Shown here in pieces: positions 63,829 through 64,000 of a DNA stretch of 64,000 bases. Under the pieces are notes generated by a model. It was not told where the DNA came from, searched no databases, and saw nothing but the letters and a program-made list of their open reading frames with translations. Source of the stretch: Octopus bimaculoides (taxonomy: Eukaryota). Location of the stretch: the NCBI RefSeq assembly GCF_001194135.2, contig NC_068985.1, positions 65,267,233-65,331,232 on the forward strand, read 5' to 3'. The translations under genes and the position numbers were made by a program. How positions within the stretch are numbered: the stretch's first letter is position 1; each line of letters begins with the position of its first letter.

Positions 63829-64000
63829 TCTGTATATATATAAAAGAGAGGATGTGTGTGTGTGTATGTACGTGAATGAAGTTTATGCACGTCCACAAAT
63901 TAGCACGCATGTCGCTCCAATTTTAGGAGGAGATGTGTCATGACCTTATGTGCATTTTAGCGAAGTTTTTCTCTCAGAGGCACCCGCGTATAGCTGTAAA
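63829..64000 (+). mobile_element. Non-autonomous Helitron 5' end, same family as 8964
   Basis: A|TC start, (GT)n, TTATGCACGTCCACAAATTAGCA..CAGAGGCACCCGCGTATAGCTGTAAA shared with 9010-9125. Confidence 0.75.

Overview
Eukaryotic, AT-rich, gapped scaffold almost entirely made of nested transposable elements. The SINE, RTE-tail and microsatellite vocabulary resembles octopus/coleoid cephalopod DNA (inference, not a database match). The only recognisable host gene piece is the intact last coding exon of UMP synthase (minus strand, 45627-45814). Recognisable elements: a Tx1/L1-like LINE, two Penelope-like elements (one with an inverted and one with a direct pseudo-LTR), RTE-type LINE pieces, two restriction-like-endonuclease non-LTR fragments, two mariners, a piggyBac family, Buster-type hAT elements, non-autonomous Helitrons and tRNA-type SINEs. 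Two things stand out. (1) A set of type I hammerhead-ribozyme motifs with self-complementary helix III sits in Penelope-type terminal repeats; the best is at 16863-16953 (minus) in a non-coding element whose other arm has lost the motif. (2) A 9-kb locus (about 28.1-37.3 kb) alternates ~217-bp satellite blocks with degenerate telomere-like hexamer arrays of switching polarity and conserved junctions. All RNA structures were paired by eye; none was folded computationally or tested.
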